A stretch of 51,902 bases of DNA, the filler included, from Sphacelaria rigidula (Eukaryota), in NCBI GenBank assembly GCA_964200075.2. It is 4 parts of 4 records of this genome, joined end to end, with 100 filler letters (N's around TTAATTAATTAA, not from the genome) between each part and the next. Parts side by side here need not be neighbours in the genome. Positions count along the whole stretch, not along the records: positions 39,004 to 51,902 come from CAXNAA020003323.1; 3 more parts are not named here. One strand, given 5' to 3'. This document shows positions 39,004 through 51,902 of the stretch, one piece after another; position 1 is the stretch's first letter, and each line of letters begins with the position of its first letter. Made by a program: the position numbers and the translations under genes. The notes below the pieces were generated by a model. That model saw only the letters and a program-made list of their open reading frames with translations. It was not told the DNA's origin and ran no database searches.

Positions 39004-40504
39004 AGGTCTTCCTGAAATTTCAGCTCAAGACTCGTCGAATTGGGCCGTGCGTTGAACATTTTCCGTGACGCTGCTGCACCCCTACATATCAAGTGATGGG
39101 AGACTCCAATTGTGAAGGTCATGAGCTCGAATCCCCACACATCCTCGTATTTTTTTCGTTCGTCGTTAAGGTCATACATGATGCAGTACATTTTTTTCAT
39201 TTTTTTCATTCAGCGAAGGTGTGGTGTGTCACCAGGTTGGTCTACACTCACAGTGATATGCTCACGTCGGGTTCATTCGGGAAACTGGGGAAGCTGTGGT
39301 GTGAGCAAGTTTTAGCAGCTTTTAAGCTAGCCAAGCTCGTATGGCATCCAAAAATCATGACTCTTGTCGGGTGCGCCGCCAAAGAACACCCACAAGCAGT
39401 CAACAAGAGCATCGTAAAGGGCGTCGTGAGCAACTTGTTTGGCATGCACGCGGCCACCCTCCTCCGATACTGGACGGAATGCCGCAAAACAGTCAACAGT
39501 GTGTGACCACGAGCGATGGCTAACGCCAGACGTGATGCGCTTGTGCTGAAAGTGTACGTACCTGTTTGTTTGGAATATCTCGTGTACATGTCATGTGTTT
39601 CAGATATGTTCACGCGTTCAGGTATGTTCACACGTTGCCCTCGTGTTGAGATTTTCCAGGCCTGCTCGCCCCTTCGTTCTAGTGCAGAAAAAGAATATCG
39701 CTCGTGGAGGGAACAGAGCACGTACGGTCCTCGTGGGGGTTCGAAGTGGTTCCGATGAGCGGAAAAGGCTTTCAAGACACATGTTTCTTCCGATTCCCTT
39801 CCTTGTGTCTCGCCAACTGTTGAGGGCGAAAGTGGACAAGTTTACATGATCAGGATGGTCGATTCAATTCATCATGTTGACGTTCATCTCTGAGACACTT
39901 GCCCTTGGAATTATCGTCATCGAACGTGTCTATATATTGATTTGAAGGGAAGACACCTTGACTTGGGGCGGGGCGACCATGGCGGATCGGGGGGGGGGGG
40001 GGGGGGGATAGGGCACCCCGCAGGCAGACGAGGGGGCGAGCCCCATACAGGCAAAAATTGAGAGACNNNNNNNNNNGGGGCGAGGGAGCGCGGGGTGGGG
40101 GGGGGCGCGGGGGGCGGGGGGGGGGGGGGGGGGGGGGGGTCGATACGGCACACTGCAGGCAGACGATGTGACGACCGCATTACGATCAACATTTGTAGAA
40201 CTTGAGTGGTCAGGGGCGTCACACGACTTTTTAAAGCAAAGGCTGGCGAACGCAGAGAGGAGCAGGGTCATTTTAGGGTCTGACTAACGAACATTGGAAT
40301 AGCAGGCGCAGCACAATCGGCGGGGGAAAGGAGGGGCGAATTATGTCAGTGTCAAGTGTTCGGAAGTTTACAGGGGTACCCTGTGTGGAACATGAGCACG
40401 ACTAGTAGCCTTCCCTCCGTCATTTGAGCAGGCGGGGGCGTATGATGATAGCGCGTCCAAAAGCAAAGCGTGTGCGTGCGTGATATGTGTAGGTGGATGT
40501 GTAC

Positions 40505-40705
40505 CTCAATGATGACTTGACGGCGGTCTCTAAGCTGACGCAGTTGGTCGGCGACGGCCTGGGCAGCATCTCCGTGTGCCAGGTGCTGCTGCTCCTCCAG
40601 ATCACTCAGCGCACGGTTAATGCCGCTGATTTGTCGATGCGGCCAGCGCTTGACCCCGTGTCTGCGACAGAGGCGCTTCAGCGTCGTGACTGAAATGCTC
40701 ATTGC
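40505..40705 (-). CDS. RWP-RK domain transcription factor (NIN-like/RKD/MID family), exon with the C-terminal half of the domain
   Basis: cag|GCA...GAG|gtac, 201 nt, phase 0/0. Encodes AMSISVTTLKRLCRRHGVKRWPHRQISGINRALSDLEEQQHLAHGDAAQAVADQLRQLRDRRQVIIE, with the TTLKR.CR..G..RWP.R signature followed by a likely coiled coil. Confidence 0.92.
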
Positions 40706-41608
40706 CTGATTGTATCCCATGCCCATGACAACGAGGGAACAAGCAGCACGGCGCGGGAGCGCGGCAAGTAAGGGCCAGCCGACATTGAAACCTGGGAAGG
40801 AAGAAAATGTTTCTCGCAAGATGTACCAGACGCAAATCGGTTCACGTTTGACCGAATTACAAGTCAAGGTACACCCGCCTTGCTTGTAACTAAGCGTAGG
40901 TAAGGTGGCGCCTGGGCGCGGATGCGCCACTACACCCCGACTTCAATCGTGAGCTACGAGAGGAGCGGACTTCGGTTCAAAATTCATCACGTCAGTTTAG
41001 TACGATCACTGGTGAGTCAAGTTCGCTCTATATTACTCCATGATGATACAAGAACTGTGTGGAAACTGTAGATTGACGTGAAACCAAGGCCATGCAGTCT
41101 TCTTTGTTGATCGACGTGATCCTACTCTTGCACGAAAGTTGACCAGTCAAACAAATGTAGGTACATCTGTTGGTGCTTGCACGAGTACAAGACAGGAACG
41201 GCATTACCGGTGATATCCTTCCGCACTAGACACCCACTGGACACCCACATACTGCGCATGGGCTTACTTGACATCACAGCGTGTCAACGAGGATGTCTCG
41301 AACTCAAGAAGATATTCTCGACGGTACGGCGAAACCGTTTGCAGCTACTCAGATTGGAAAAGCTTTCAAGCAGGGTGCCTTCGCATGATGTACCCCAGCG
41401 GCAATGCTTTGTTCAGTCGGAATGTTGCTGATAGGAATCCACAGTCATGAGCACCAGGAGGGATGACTTAAAAGAGGGTTTGCATGCTCACGGGTCGTGG
41501 GGAATCATAAGATTTCAAGACCTGCAGGGTCCGGATTATCAAGCCTAGTGGGATGACGCCACGCTTCGATTCTCGAAACCTGCTGAGTGACCTTGACAAT
41601 TTCATGGC

Positions 41609-41696
41609 GTGCAACAACACGACATACTGCAGGCGCCGATCGAATACTCGAGTGCAACAACACGACATACTGCAGGCGCCGATCGAATACTCGAGT
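41609..41696. repeat. Perfect 43-bp tandem duplication in the RWP-RK intron
   Basis: gtgcaacaacacgacatactgcaggcgccgatcgaatactcga occurs twice (41609 and 41652). Confidence 0.95.
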
Positions 41697-44600
41697 ACCC
41701 GAGTTTACAAGTTTTGAGTGTAGTTTCGCGTTCAAGAGCACTGAACCAATTTTGGTACATCAGAAAGTTATCCGAGAAGGCAATCCAGACGAGTCTGAAA
41801 ATATGGGTACATTCTCGCGTTCGTTGTGTCCTTACCCTATTTCGGCTCAACTCATCAAATGAAATTTTCTCGTGCGTTCATCTTGACGTGGCAGGAGCAT
41901 TCCACTCTCACGTGAGGAAACGAAGTCAATGAGGCCGAATCGAGTGTGCAGCGGTACGCTTTTTGCTAGTAGCAGAGGGTTGCACGGATACATTTGTTGA
42001 CGGTTGACACTCGTGCATGACGCATCTCTCAAACCACTATAGAACCTCTCGCGTTAAATCTGCCGTTTATGCGCCTGAATGTCGCGGAATATAAAATGTA
42101 CCCTGCTTTGCAACTTTGCAGCGAAATGCACAACAATACGTGTATAGTTCGATGGAGTGTCAAAAAGCATCCGTCTCGCGGCCGGATGAAGCTTTGTTGA
42201 AGAAAAATTATGTGGGGGGGCGGTGGGTTGGGGGAGAATATCAGGGATTCGGCCAGCGACAACAAGCAACGAAGGTACCAAGTAATGGTAACAAAACCAC
42301 GGCTTGATTATCTCGGATTCAAACATGCTGTCAAAAACACAGCTCGTATCATGTACATGTATGACAAAAGTAAGGCCTGGGGAAGCAGGTCAAGGAGAGT
42401 ACATCAGTACATGACACACGCAGTGCTGACTATCCGAACCAAAGAACGTGACACCTTCACGACCCGCAGCTCCATGTGCAGAGAAGCCCTCACCATATCC
42501 ACTGGCCCCCTGCCTTTTCATACTGGAAAATCTCGAGATTTCCATGTTCCTCACCGCCGTTTGGAAAAGAAGTAACGAGTAGAATCTTGTCCGCGGCCCT
42601 CGAATCTGATGATTGAACGGACACTTGGTTCGGGTATGCATAGCATTTGAATCCTCGGATGTGTAACAGTTTCGAGGGCTCGGCGAGAGTGCGCAGTGTG
42701 CGTGATTCACTCAACCACGCTCTTGGGTGACTCAAAACAAAGCGTTTCATGTATGGCGCAACAAACAGTCATGTCAAGAGATTATTGGTGTGCCTCAAAA
42801 CGAGGTTGTAGGTTGTGGTGGGCAGTGCAAAAACAACGGGCCGCCAACCATCGGATTGAAAAGTAAGCTTGCCCAAAACACGCCTCAGATCTCTTGTACG
42901 GGCTCGGAGTATATATTCATATTTTCACCCTGGGCGCTATAGTGAGGAAGGGTTCAGACCTCTCCCCGTGAGGCTGCTTGAAGAACAACTAAACAAACAA
43001 AAACGGTTTTCAATGCCGTCAATGAAAAGGTTGACGTCCGCGATTGAGCCGTGTCAACGGCAAAAAACACCGTCTTCACACCATAAATTGCGATAGATCC
43101 ACCTTCGTCTTCTGTCGAGATATCACCGCTATCGTCAGGACTTGCTGCAGTGAGCAGAATGCTGTACAACCTACACTTTATTGAACTCGTAGTTTTCAGC
43201 GATGGGTAAAAAAGGTTCAACCGATGACAAAACATATACTTTGTGCACCTTTCCTCATGCAAGACGGTGGGTACCATTATTGTATGAACGGCCGGGAAAG
43301 TGGCGATCGATGCGCCGAGTGGTCAGGTCAATCGATGGCACATTGAGGCTTGAATGGACGCTACAAGAGCCAAGACACGCCTCTTCCGCTTTACTGCCTG
43401 TCTCTTCCACCTTACTTCCGGCTTTCCGGGGTGGGAGCGGGGGGGGGACTGAGAGATGCCATCTGTCTGACGTTAAAATATTCAAGAAACTATGATGCCG
43501 ATTCAACGAACAGACGTAAGACAAGAGGGCACTCGCAAGGTTTCCTCTGAGCCCTCTTGGAAACGGATGACAGCTGGGAAGATCTTTGAGCTGTTTCTTA
43601 TATGTCAGGATCGGTAAGAATTGTCGATAGCCAAACAATTAAACCGGGTGACTCAAAGGAAAAATCCCTGATGGCTTCCCCAGTCGAAACACTCCAAACC
43701 TGGCAGTCTTCCGAAGAACACGGCAATTATTTTAGCTCCGATCAACGGATATACATCGAAAGTGAGATGTTCTATTCATGACGTGTACAAACAACAGGAG
43801 ATACAACCTGGGTTCATGTGATTTCTCTGATCAAAATCCAGTGCTTGAGTGGTACAGTACGGCAGTGCCGCAGGAAAGTTGACGACTGGGAGTAACTACT
43901 GCATTTCATACGACTCCTGGTTCAAGAACACGCAGGCTTCATCACACGAAAGCCGTAATACGCAGAGACTGACACGAAGGAACCAGTAAGCAGCGAGTAT
44001 CAAGTGTATTGTACAGGAAGCCAGTTCTTACAGCACAACTTGATCGCAAGGGGTGCTATTAATATCCGGATATGCGTGTGACCTGAGATTGCTCGATCAG
44101 TGTAATACTGACCTCGGAGTTAAGACGAGGTTTACTCAGGGTTTCCTGAAAACAAGGACTAACTACTACAAGTTAAACACGACACAGCAGAGGAAGTCAC
44201 GAGACTCCGTGAGTACAATTGACAGATACATGATTGACATGGAATCTACAGCTGTAACAATGACAGCAATCCCTGTTCCTGTCTGCAGGTGGTCATAAAA
44301 AAATGCGAACCGTTTAGGCCCAGCACTCCACTCGAACTGTACCAGTGGCAAATTGTGAGAGGACATCTCAAAACATCACATCCTACCCCCAACAAAACGA
44401 GGTAATGGAGCAACAGGTGGACGCACCAAACAACGTGCGATGTGGCGGGAAGTATCGAAATATTTCATCACCAGGATCTCAATGTTTAGGTATTCAGTAC
44501 CTCATTAGATATCCTCGATGGACTTCGGTTTGTTGTGCGGACACAAATAATGCTGGATCCCATAGATTACTCGCGTCCGCCTGTCCACGTTGAACCCTGG

Positions 44601-46498
44601 TGTACACGTGCGTATGGAATGAAGTGAAGCTTCACGCGGCAGCTTTGTAGCCGTTCATACATCCAAAATCTCCGATAGAACAATCAGGGACGAAAAGCTC
44701 GCATGATCCACAGTGCTACCTCCACATCCGTCATCATACAAACTTGTTCCTACACAAATTTGTGTGCGGACAAAGTTCGTCTACAGAGGATCATCGTGAG
44801 ATCGTGAGAGTGTTTTACGTGATTGTGTACATAATTTGTCGCATGACGTCGTGTGCCTACTCCATCCCACTATACATGGGCTATGGGAGTATGTCGAAGC
44901 AGATTGAAACCCACGAACCAAACGGACTTCGACACAGGGCGGGTATAGACTTGAGGACATATTGATGCCCCCGTGGATGTAGGTGCACCTTTTGGCACAC
45001 GGAGGGTGACATGCCAGGGAAGGTATACAGGTAAACAGTAGCGCTAATTCGGTGTTGCGTGTGCACTTGCGGCCTCCTCACCCTGCGCATGCCGCTCACT
45101 TTCAAGTGGTTTATAAAGCGACGAACACTCCAATCTTATGTCCATCCAAGAAATTAGGGGGGGGTACATCTCGAGTCTGCATCCAGTCAACCTAGAATTT
45201 TTGTTGTCGGGGGTATCGGGTGTACGGGGTGCTAGACTCGAATCTGCAGATAGTCGTCGACATACACTAAAGTGAAGAAGTTGTCATGCAAGCCTCCGCT
45301 TGAGCGTGGTTGGTCGTTGAATCTTTTGGAATTGGCGTGAAGCCCCCCGTTTCGCACCAATGGACTATCTTCACATGTGCCGTCATCTCCTCTTCTTCTG
45401 GCGGTAAGACCGTGTGTTCAATGTTCGCATTGCTGATGATGTAGGTGAGTTTTGGGGGTGGCATAGATGAGGGTTGAGGATGACATAGACATAAGCCTTG
45501 GATGGTGGTGGTTGTAACAGGGGGACCTCCTAACGGCCAGCGTCTTCGACCCTTCCGACTCTCAAAACGAGGAGAATCCAAGTCACGGACCCCCGACAAG
45601 TTCACTTGCGTAACTGGCGTAATTCGACTGTCGACCCACTAGTGATGTACACATGGTCTGCACGGGGTATCAAATGTAAAGAAAAGTGGGAGGTTGGTGA
45701 GGTATTCCAATCCAAAGAGTGCTGCCGTACACCTTCTGTCTGTACGCGTGTGCATACCCGGGCACAAGTCCATCACAGGCATAGTAATGGACATTTCGCC
45801 GAAGATGATGAGAGAATGTCATCATATCTCGTCCCGAGCGAGGCAAGGACGGTGCATCCTTACATTGTAGAATACGATCGAAAAAAGATGAGGAAAACTT
45901 TACATTGTGATCGTAACCTACAAAGGCATTACTTACGATGGTTGTGCGAAAAGGCTCAACACGAGAAGTGCAACGAGAGCGACTCACACTAGTTCATCAA
46001 AACCTAAAAGCATTGAACATATGCGGTACGGGAGTGACATGCACGAGCCATGTTGGAAATCTCATAGAGGACAGTTCCTCCTTTCTCTCGACACCTACTG
46101 CAGTGTGCTAGTTTTATCCCCGTCGCGGTCAATGGATCGCAGTAGATGGATCGGCAAAGAGCATTGCTTCATCTTCATCTACTTACAAACGTAAACGCCA
46201 AACAAGAAGTCACTGCCCATAGAGTTGTTTCTTGCCCGATAATCTCCACGATCATCTCTTTCTAGATGGCAATAATTTCTCCGCCGCTCACTTCTCTAAT
46301 TCTCGACGTTAGGGTCGGCGAATTATTATGCCATTCACACACGTGTTCATTTCGCACAGAAGATTAAAAAAAGTCATGAACTTTGTTTTATCGCCCATTT
46401 TTCAACCTACGGTGGTGACGCATACATTTTGCAACTCAGTTGTGTTGACACTACACAGTAGAGTACCCCCACTAACGAAATTATTACTTCTAACCCAC

Positions 46499-46814
46499 CT
46501 CAGCTGCTGTGCGTAGCGGAAAATCGAAGAACTTCCTCATGACCTCAAGAGGAATCCTGTCCGCGATGTCCGCTAATGTCTCGCGTTTGTTACTGTTAGG
46601 CCTTGGCGGCACAGCAGGAAGCGGATAGTTGGGCACAAACGATAAAGCACCCCTGCCCCTCGCTCGGCCAGCACCGCTTGTTGACATATTGTTATCACCA
46701 GTTTTCTTTGTCACTCCGCGGGTGATACTGCACTTGGACCGGCAGGCTTTACTCATAGTCATGTTGCTGTTGATGGTATTGCTGCTCCACATCTTGCCGA
46801 CCGTACAATTCGTG
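46499..46814 (-). CDS. RWP-RK transcription factor, exon with the N-terminal half of the domain
   Basis: Ends GAG|gtgggt in phase 0. Encodes ...PNYPLPAVPPRPNSNKRETLADIADRIPLEVMRKFFDFPLRTAAE, which joins in frame to AMSISVTTLKR. The acceptor (cccag 46815-46817) is less certain than the donor. Confidence 0.85.
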
Positions 46815-47901
46815 CTGGGCGCAGATGAGGACACGTAAAAAACGGCCGACACGAATCATGCAAGGCGGTGTCTAATACGTCAACGAACCGAAAGCTGCAG
46901 AAATCTTTACGCCGATATATGGCGGATAGACCTCCTCAGTTGAGTACAGTACAGGCGCAGTGCTGTGTGTTGCAGGTGCCGTCGATAGCCACGAAGGGCG
47001 GTGAACTCAACGGTATGGTGCTGCAAAGCAACACACGCAAGTTACAGTTGTGAACTTTTGTAGGTGAGACACCTGGGTTCTTCGGCGTGTTGCGACTGAT
47101 AGTTGTTATTATGCATATCCAAGTTTGGTTCTTGGTGAAATGATGCGAAGTTCAAACTTGGTTTTGCATGTGTCCGTCCAAGACTGAAAAAGTAGGAAAG
47201 CTTCAGCATTCGAGCAGAAATAGACAGGTGCAGCACTGTCACTAGTACTGCAGAGAACCACCGATTTCTCGCCAGCTATTTCAAGACCGAAGGAGATGCA
47301 AAACGTATCAGTTGCATACATGCGTGTGCGCTGCATTCCCCGTATGCATGCTAACGATCGCGAAGTGCTTACTGGCTGCGTGTGAAATTGCGTGGACATC
47401 CATGTGTTCGTGGACAACAAAGCACCTCTTTCCGGAATCATGCGTGGAATTGGACAATTTATCCGACAATTGTTACCGTTCTTGGGGGACCTTGCTTTTT
47501 TTCAGGGATGAGACCCTGATGGTTACGCTTCGTTGGCTCTCAGCGCTGCTCACCGTTCATGTAAGCTATTTACTGAAGACGATCATTTCCATTGCCTTAC
47601 CCGCCCTCGCCTTACCCGCCCGCTTCCTCCCTGCCTCCCTTTTCCCCCAGCCCCCACCTGCAACCCTCTCCTCAACCCCCCCCCCCAACATCCATCTCCA
47701 GTACTTCCAGCTGTGCAACATGCTACTGCTGGCCACCCACGAAGCTTTGTTCGACGGAGAATATTGTGCCTCCGTGAGAGAACGGGAGATGGGGAGCAAG
47801 CAGGATACACAAACACGATGACAAACAGCAGCATCTCGTAGCGTACTGTTGCGTATGGAACTGAGCAATGTCCATGCATACATCGTGAATAGACCACTCA
47901 C

Positions 47902-48026
47902 ATGGCGTCTCCGGTAAGTACCACTAGAGCGTCCTCGGCCTCTGCAGGGCAAGTATGGGAAGGCTTGACGGCTGCTCTTGACGAAACGATACACAGCGTT
48001 CGGACCTTTAGAGCCACGTTTTTTCT
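47902..48026 (-). CDS. Candidate upstream exon of the RWP-RK gene
   Basis: tag|...AT|gtgagt. Open frame RKNVALKVRTLCIVSSRAAVKPSHTCPAEAEDALVVLTGDA(I), phase-2 compatible with the 46814 acceptor. No recognisable motif. Confidence 0.25.
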
Positions 48027-49579
48027 CTACCACGGTAAATGTGGAATATTGTGTGGAGTGAAGTGAGGAGGGGCGCCTACACTGAGGTTTCCTGCAGATG
48101 AAAGTTTTTATGCCATTTTCCCCCGATAGGGCCCGTTTGTTGGTTAAAATGTTAAATGTTACACCCAGGAGGCCTGAGGTGACAGTGGTCGGTATTCATT
48201 AAACAGTAGGGCTTAGATACAAAAAATCGATTCTTTCGAAGGTCAACGGGGACTTGTGTGTTGTGCCTCTGGTTGCACACGGACTACATTTTGTCATATG
48301 TTCGTGTAGAAAACGTCGTCCACCTCATTGGAGGATCAGCTCCTGCGTCATGTGCGCCTGTCAGTGCATGCAAAGCGACCTCGCCGAAGTCCATGTGTTA
48401 CGATCAACTTAATTCTCTCATTCGTGGTATACTCCCAATGCTGTAAGCGAATTCGAGGCGACTAGAATTGCACTTTCCGATAGTCTCCAGATGAGGCGCG
48501 CTATGTTCTTCTAGGCCTCCTTGATTTTTGGAGAGATTTGGAATGCTAAGACTGCAAACATCCCGGCTCACAAGTATTCAAGTATTCAGGAACACTTCAT
48601 TCACTTTTTTCGGTCCACCTGCGAAGAGGAAGCCATGTCGTAAGTGAGTACAAACGATGCTGGAAATGACGCGAAATGCAGGCTGAAATCAGGGGAGCAA
48701 CCAAGATAGACGCAGATCGTGGGATGAACGAGTGCCAACATATGTCTTGGTTGTCGTTTGTGTGCTCTCACGGATTATGACGACGTCGTGCTCATGAACC
48801 CAACACGATACCTACGGGTTGCCATAAACCCAGATATTTCGCCTCAGTCAACCATGGGTCAACGCAGTTTCATCTGTGAATGATATCGCATTTTGTATAC
48901 CTTGGGGAATCTCCTTTTGATTACAAAATCTGGAGCTGTCGGTCTACGTGAGTGAAAAATAAGCCGTATCATAGTACCAGAATACACATGATACAGAACG
49001 ATGCAGTACACCTAGTTCGCTCTTTGCAGCTTTGTTTTACTGTACTTAATACTGTGCTACGTTGCTGTCCGCAAACCGTTGGACTGTGTTGATTCATTGA
49101 TATAGTGTGAGATACCTTCTTTCAGATTGAATACTGTACAGCAATCGCAATGAAGGCTTTCTTGTGGTCGTTACCCTATTGTCCAAGTTGAGAGAATTCT
49201 TCAAGACATGAACGATCACCTCACGAAACGAGTAGATTTCTGGGGAAATTTACGATTGAATCTTCAGAGCGCAAGATGCGTTTTACGGGTCAACTTTTCT
49301 GTCATCTGGTGAATCGGCGTCAGTCAACAGTTAACCTCAACCGTGGAAGGCTAGGGGCCTATCATGCATACACCACCACCTCCTGTACTTTACCTCAGAA
49401 TGTAGGGTGGGTCCATGCTCCGACAGTCAGGATGTTCGATCTGTAAACGACATAAGTTCCACTTCAAAAATGAGTATGAAGCTCAAGTGATTCGCCCTGG
49501 CTGAAAGGCAAACGGCTAAGCCCTTGATCGCGAAGGCCTCAAATTCCTATAAGAAGAAGTATTCCCCATTCACTCGATT

Positions 49580-49770
49580 GCTCACCCGGGGGGTCAAAAG
49601 GGTCTTCTTCATTTTGACCACCAGGGTGGGTCGTCGGGCAGGGCGGGTCATGTGGTGAATCGGCATCTCTTTCACTTGAAGAATGAAGCAAATAATTACC
49701 CACCCCGGCTGTTCATCGTTTGAAGGGTTAAACCCGTTGACCGCCAGCACGGTGGGCCATCTGGGTCTTA
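49580..49770. repeat. Further degenerate copies of the ~100-bp MITE-like unit (also ~29620-30010, 32960-33057, 49300-49340, 50372-50462)
   Basis: ggtcatgtggtgaatcggcatctctttcacttgaag...aagggttaaacccgttgaccgcc matches the family core. Confidence 0.55.
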
Positions 49771-51902
49771 CTTCCATTGTTCGGCGACATTGGTAAACAT
49801 TAAACAGATGACCCATCCTGACAATCAAGGGGCTATCCATGATGTGCCGCGGGTTGGGTTGTCTTTTGAATCAGCATTAGTATCACATGAAAAATGGCCA
49901 AAGCACTCTTGAGCGCCAGAGTACGGTGGCTCAAATGGGTGTCACAGAAAATTTTGCCGATGCACCAGATTGCCCATCCTGTCTGAATAAGAGTACATGC
50001 ATACAGTATGCCAATGCACTAAACTGCGCATCGAGTCTCGGGTATTAAAATGAACGGCTGCTTGGTTCCAAACTCTTCGTTCAAACCGTTTCCGCACGAC
50101 CGCGAAGAACTTCATTTGATTCCATGTATGCCAATGCACCAGCCCCTCACTTTGTCGCCTGATTTTTCTACACGGTTGGTTTCTTCACAGTAGAAGTCCC
50201 CAGCTCTTCGGGGTGAAAGGTTATGTCTCGAAGTCTCTATCCTCCAAGGGTATACATCTCAAACTCTTCGTGGTTAAAGAGATACCCTGTGCCCCACCAT
50301 CGACTACCCACTCACTTAGAAGAGTTTGGAATCTTTACTGAAGAAACAACCGTGGTGTAGACGGACTCCCCAGGGTTAGCCGTTTGACCGCCGGCCGGAG
50401 TGGTCCACCTGGGTCCCCCGGTAATTTTTCGAGAGGAAATGATGCCGATTCGATAGATGAACGTACGCATATTGCTGTCACGCACGCATGAATGTCAGGG
50501 TGGGATGGATCATCAGTGGAATCTCATGCCAGGGTGGGATCATCAGTGGAATCGGAAATATGAAATATGCCTACTCGGAAAAAATGGCGATGGGGGAAAG
50601 GGACTGCTGAACCCCTCTCGCGATAAAAAATAAAGGCAAGCAAGCACCGCAACAGGGGAAGGTGCACAACTAAAAACAAACAAAAACAAAACACTCCTGT
50701 GTTGGCCTTCCTCCTGTGTGCCCCGGCTGGTGCGCATACATACAATCTAATAATTAACACGAAGCGTCAACGCCTTGGTCGCACACCATTACTGACTGTT
50801 AGTTTGCACACAATACGAAGTAGACATTTAATAACATATCGAGCGAGGAGGGACCGAATTCGCATAAAAATAGTATCGGATGAATGACGACGAGCTGGGG
50901 GCCAGCAGCCTTGAAAAGAAATTGAAATTCGCAGGCGACTGACTGTGCAGCTCGGGTTAGAGTGAGATGCCGTAACATTTGGGATGCATGGAGGATCGAA
51001 TTGGCATCGTGGAACAAACTTGTTGTGAGACGTCAGGTTTCTCTGTCAAGGACGTTTGTTTTGGTGAAAATTTCGAGTCTTCGAAAAAGGAAGCTTTGAA
51101 AGTGGTTGGCAATTTTCTCATGACCATGCTACCAGCCCTCACAACGAAGCGTGTACCTGTATCCTGTTTTTTACAGCGGTCCCGCCCGATGCCGTAAGAG
51201 CTCGATCACACATGGAAACGCCCGTTGATGATTCTCGCCAAAACAGAGAGAGGGGTTATTTTATTCCTCTCGAAAATTCGAACATTCCGTGCCCGAGTGT
51301 TCCCAGCCTGCTGCCGTTCGTTTCGTTCCCCGTTGTTATGCAGTAAGTGGGGTTTAGGTCAAGGTGGTTGTTTGACTCATCAACAACTGCCAACTAGGAT
51401 CCTGATGAATTAGATTGAAAAATGAAAATGAGGTTCAACTCCGAAACAAGTTGTTTTTGTTGTTTTACCACGCGTCCTCGTGCCTCTCTTATTCCTCTTC
51501 TAATAATATGGTACAACTCATTTTCCCGACCACGCTGAATCCCACTCCTGCTTCGCTGTAATCCGGCAGCTTGATCCGTTGCACTATGTAAGGATTCGCA
51601 CCGAGACACAAACCGCAGATCCCGCTACGCTCCGATCCTGTACTTCCCCTGACCCAAAGTCATGACAAAAAAAATGGCCTTCATATGGACGACCTCATCA
51701 CCCTCAATCGCCCCAAAAATATTATGGGAGGTTTCCAGCGTTCCGTTCCCCTAAAGGATATGTGCGAAAGCACATTTTTGCCTCGATTTCGGGGTGAGAC
51801 AAGGGACGGTTTTAAGACCGACAATAATAATAGCTGGCCACTGAGGCCCTTGATATCCTTGGGTAGGATATCGACGTGTAGCTGTAAGCACACGCAAGTG
51901 AT

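Noticed and set aside
38600..39080. Direct repeat flanking the third gap as a local duplication or LTR pair
   Set aside because: The two copies lie on different concatenated contigs. They are diverged members of a dispersed repeat.
40352..40930. 192-aa ORF as a single-exon RWP-RK gene
   Set aside because: Only 40505-40705 is domain-like and it is bounded by splice sites. The first half of the domain lies at 46499-46590.

Overview
Eukaryotic, intron-rich and repeat-rich DNA, most consistent with a brown alga (Phaeophyceae). That assignment is an inference from intron style and recognisable retroelement ORF ends. The window is not one locus: it is four contigs of 12,902, 12,901, 12,900 and 12,899 bp joined by identical artificial 100-bp N44-TTAATTAATTAA-N44 linkers, so nothing should be linked across them. 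Contig 1 (1-12902) holds the last five exons of an FAD-dependent amine-oxidase/carotenoid-desaturase-family gene (+) and LINE remnants. Contig 2 (13003-25903) holds two arrays of a ~42-bp palindrome-containing repeat and a decayed Ty3/Gypsy integrase interrupted by a ~390-bp near-perfect fold-back insertion. Contig 3 (26004-38903) holds a phase-consistent chain of minus-strand exons of an unrecognised gene, many ~100-bp TTAA-flanked MITE-like units and a 5'-truncated RTE-type LINE. Contig 4 (39004-51902) holds an RWP-RK transcription factor gene (-) whose domain is split by a 5.8-kb intron. I found no clearly new multi-gene system; the best leads are the fold-back element, the RWP-RK gene, the hidden exon chain and the repeat families.
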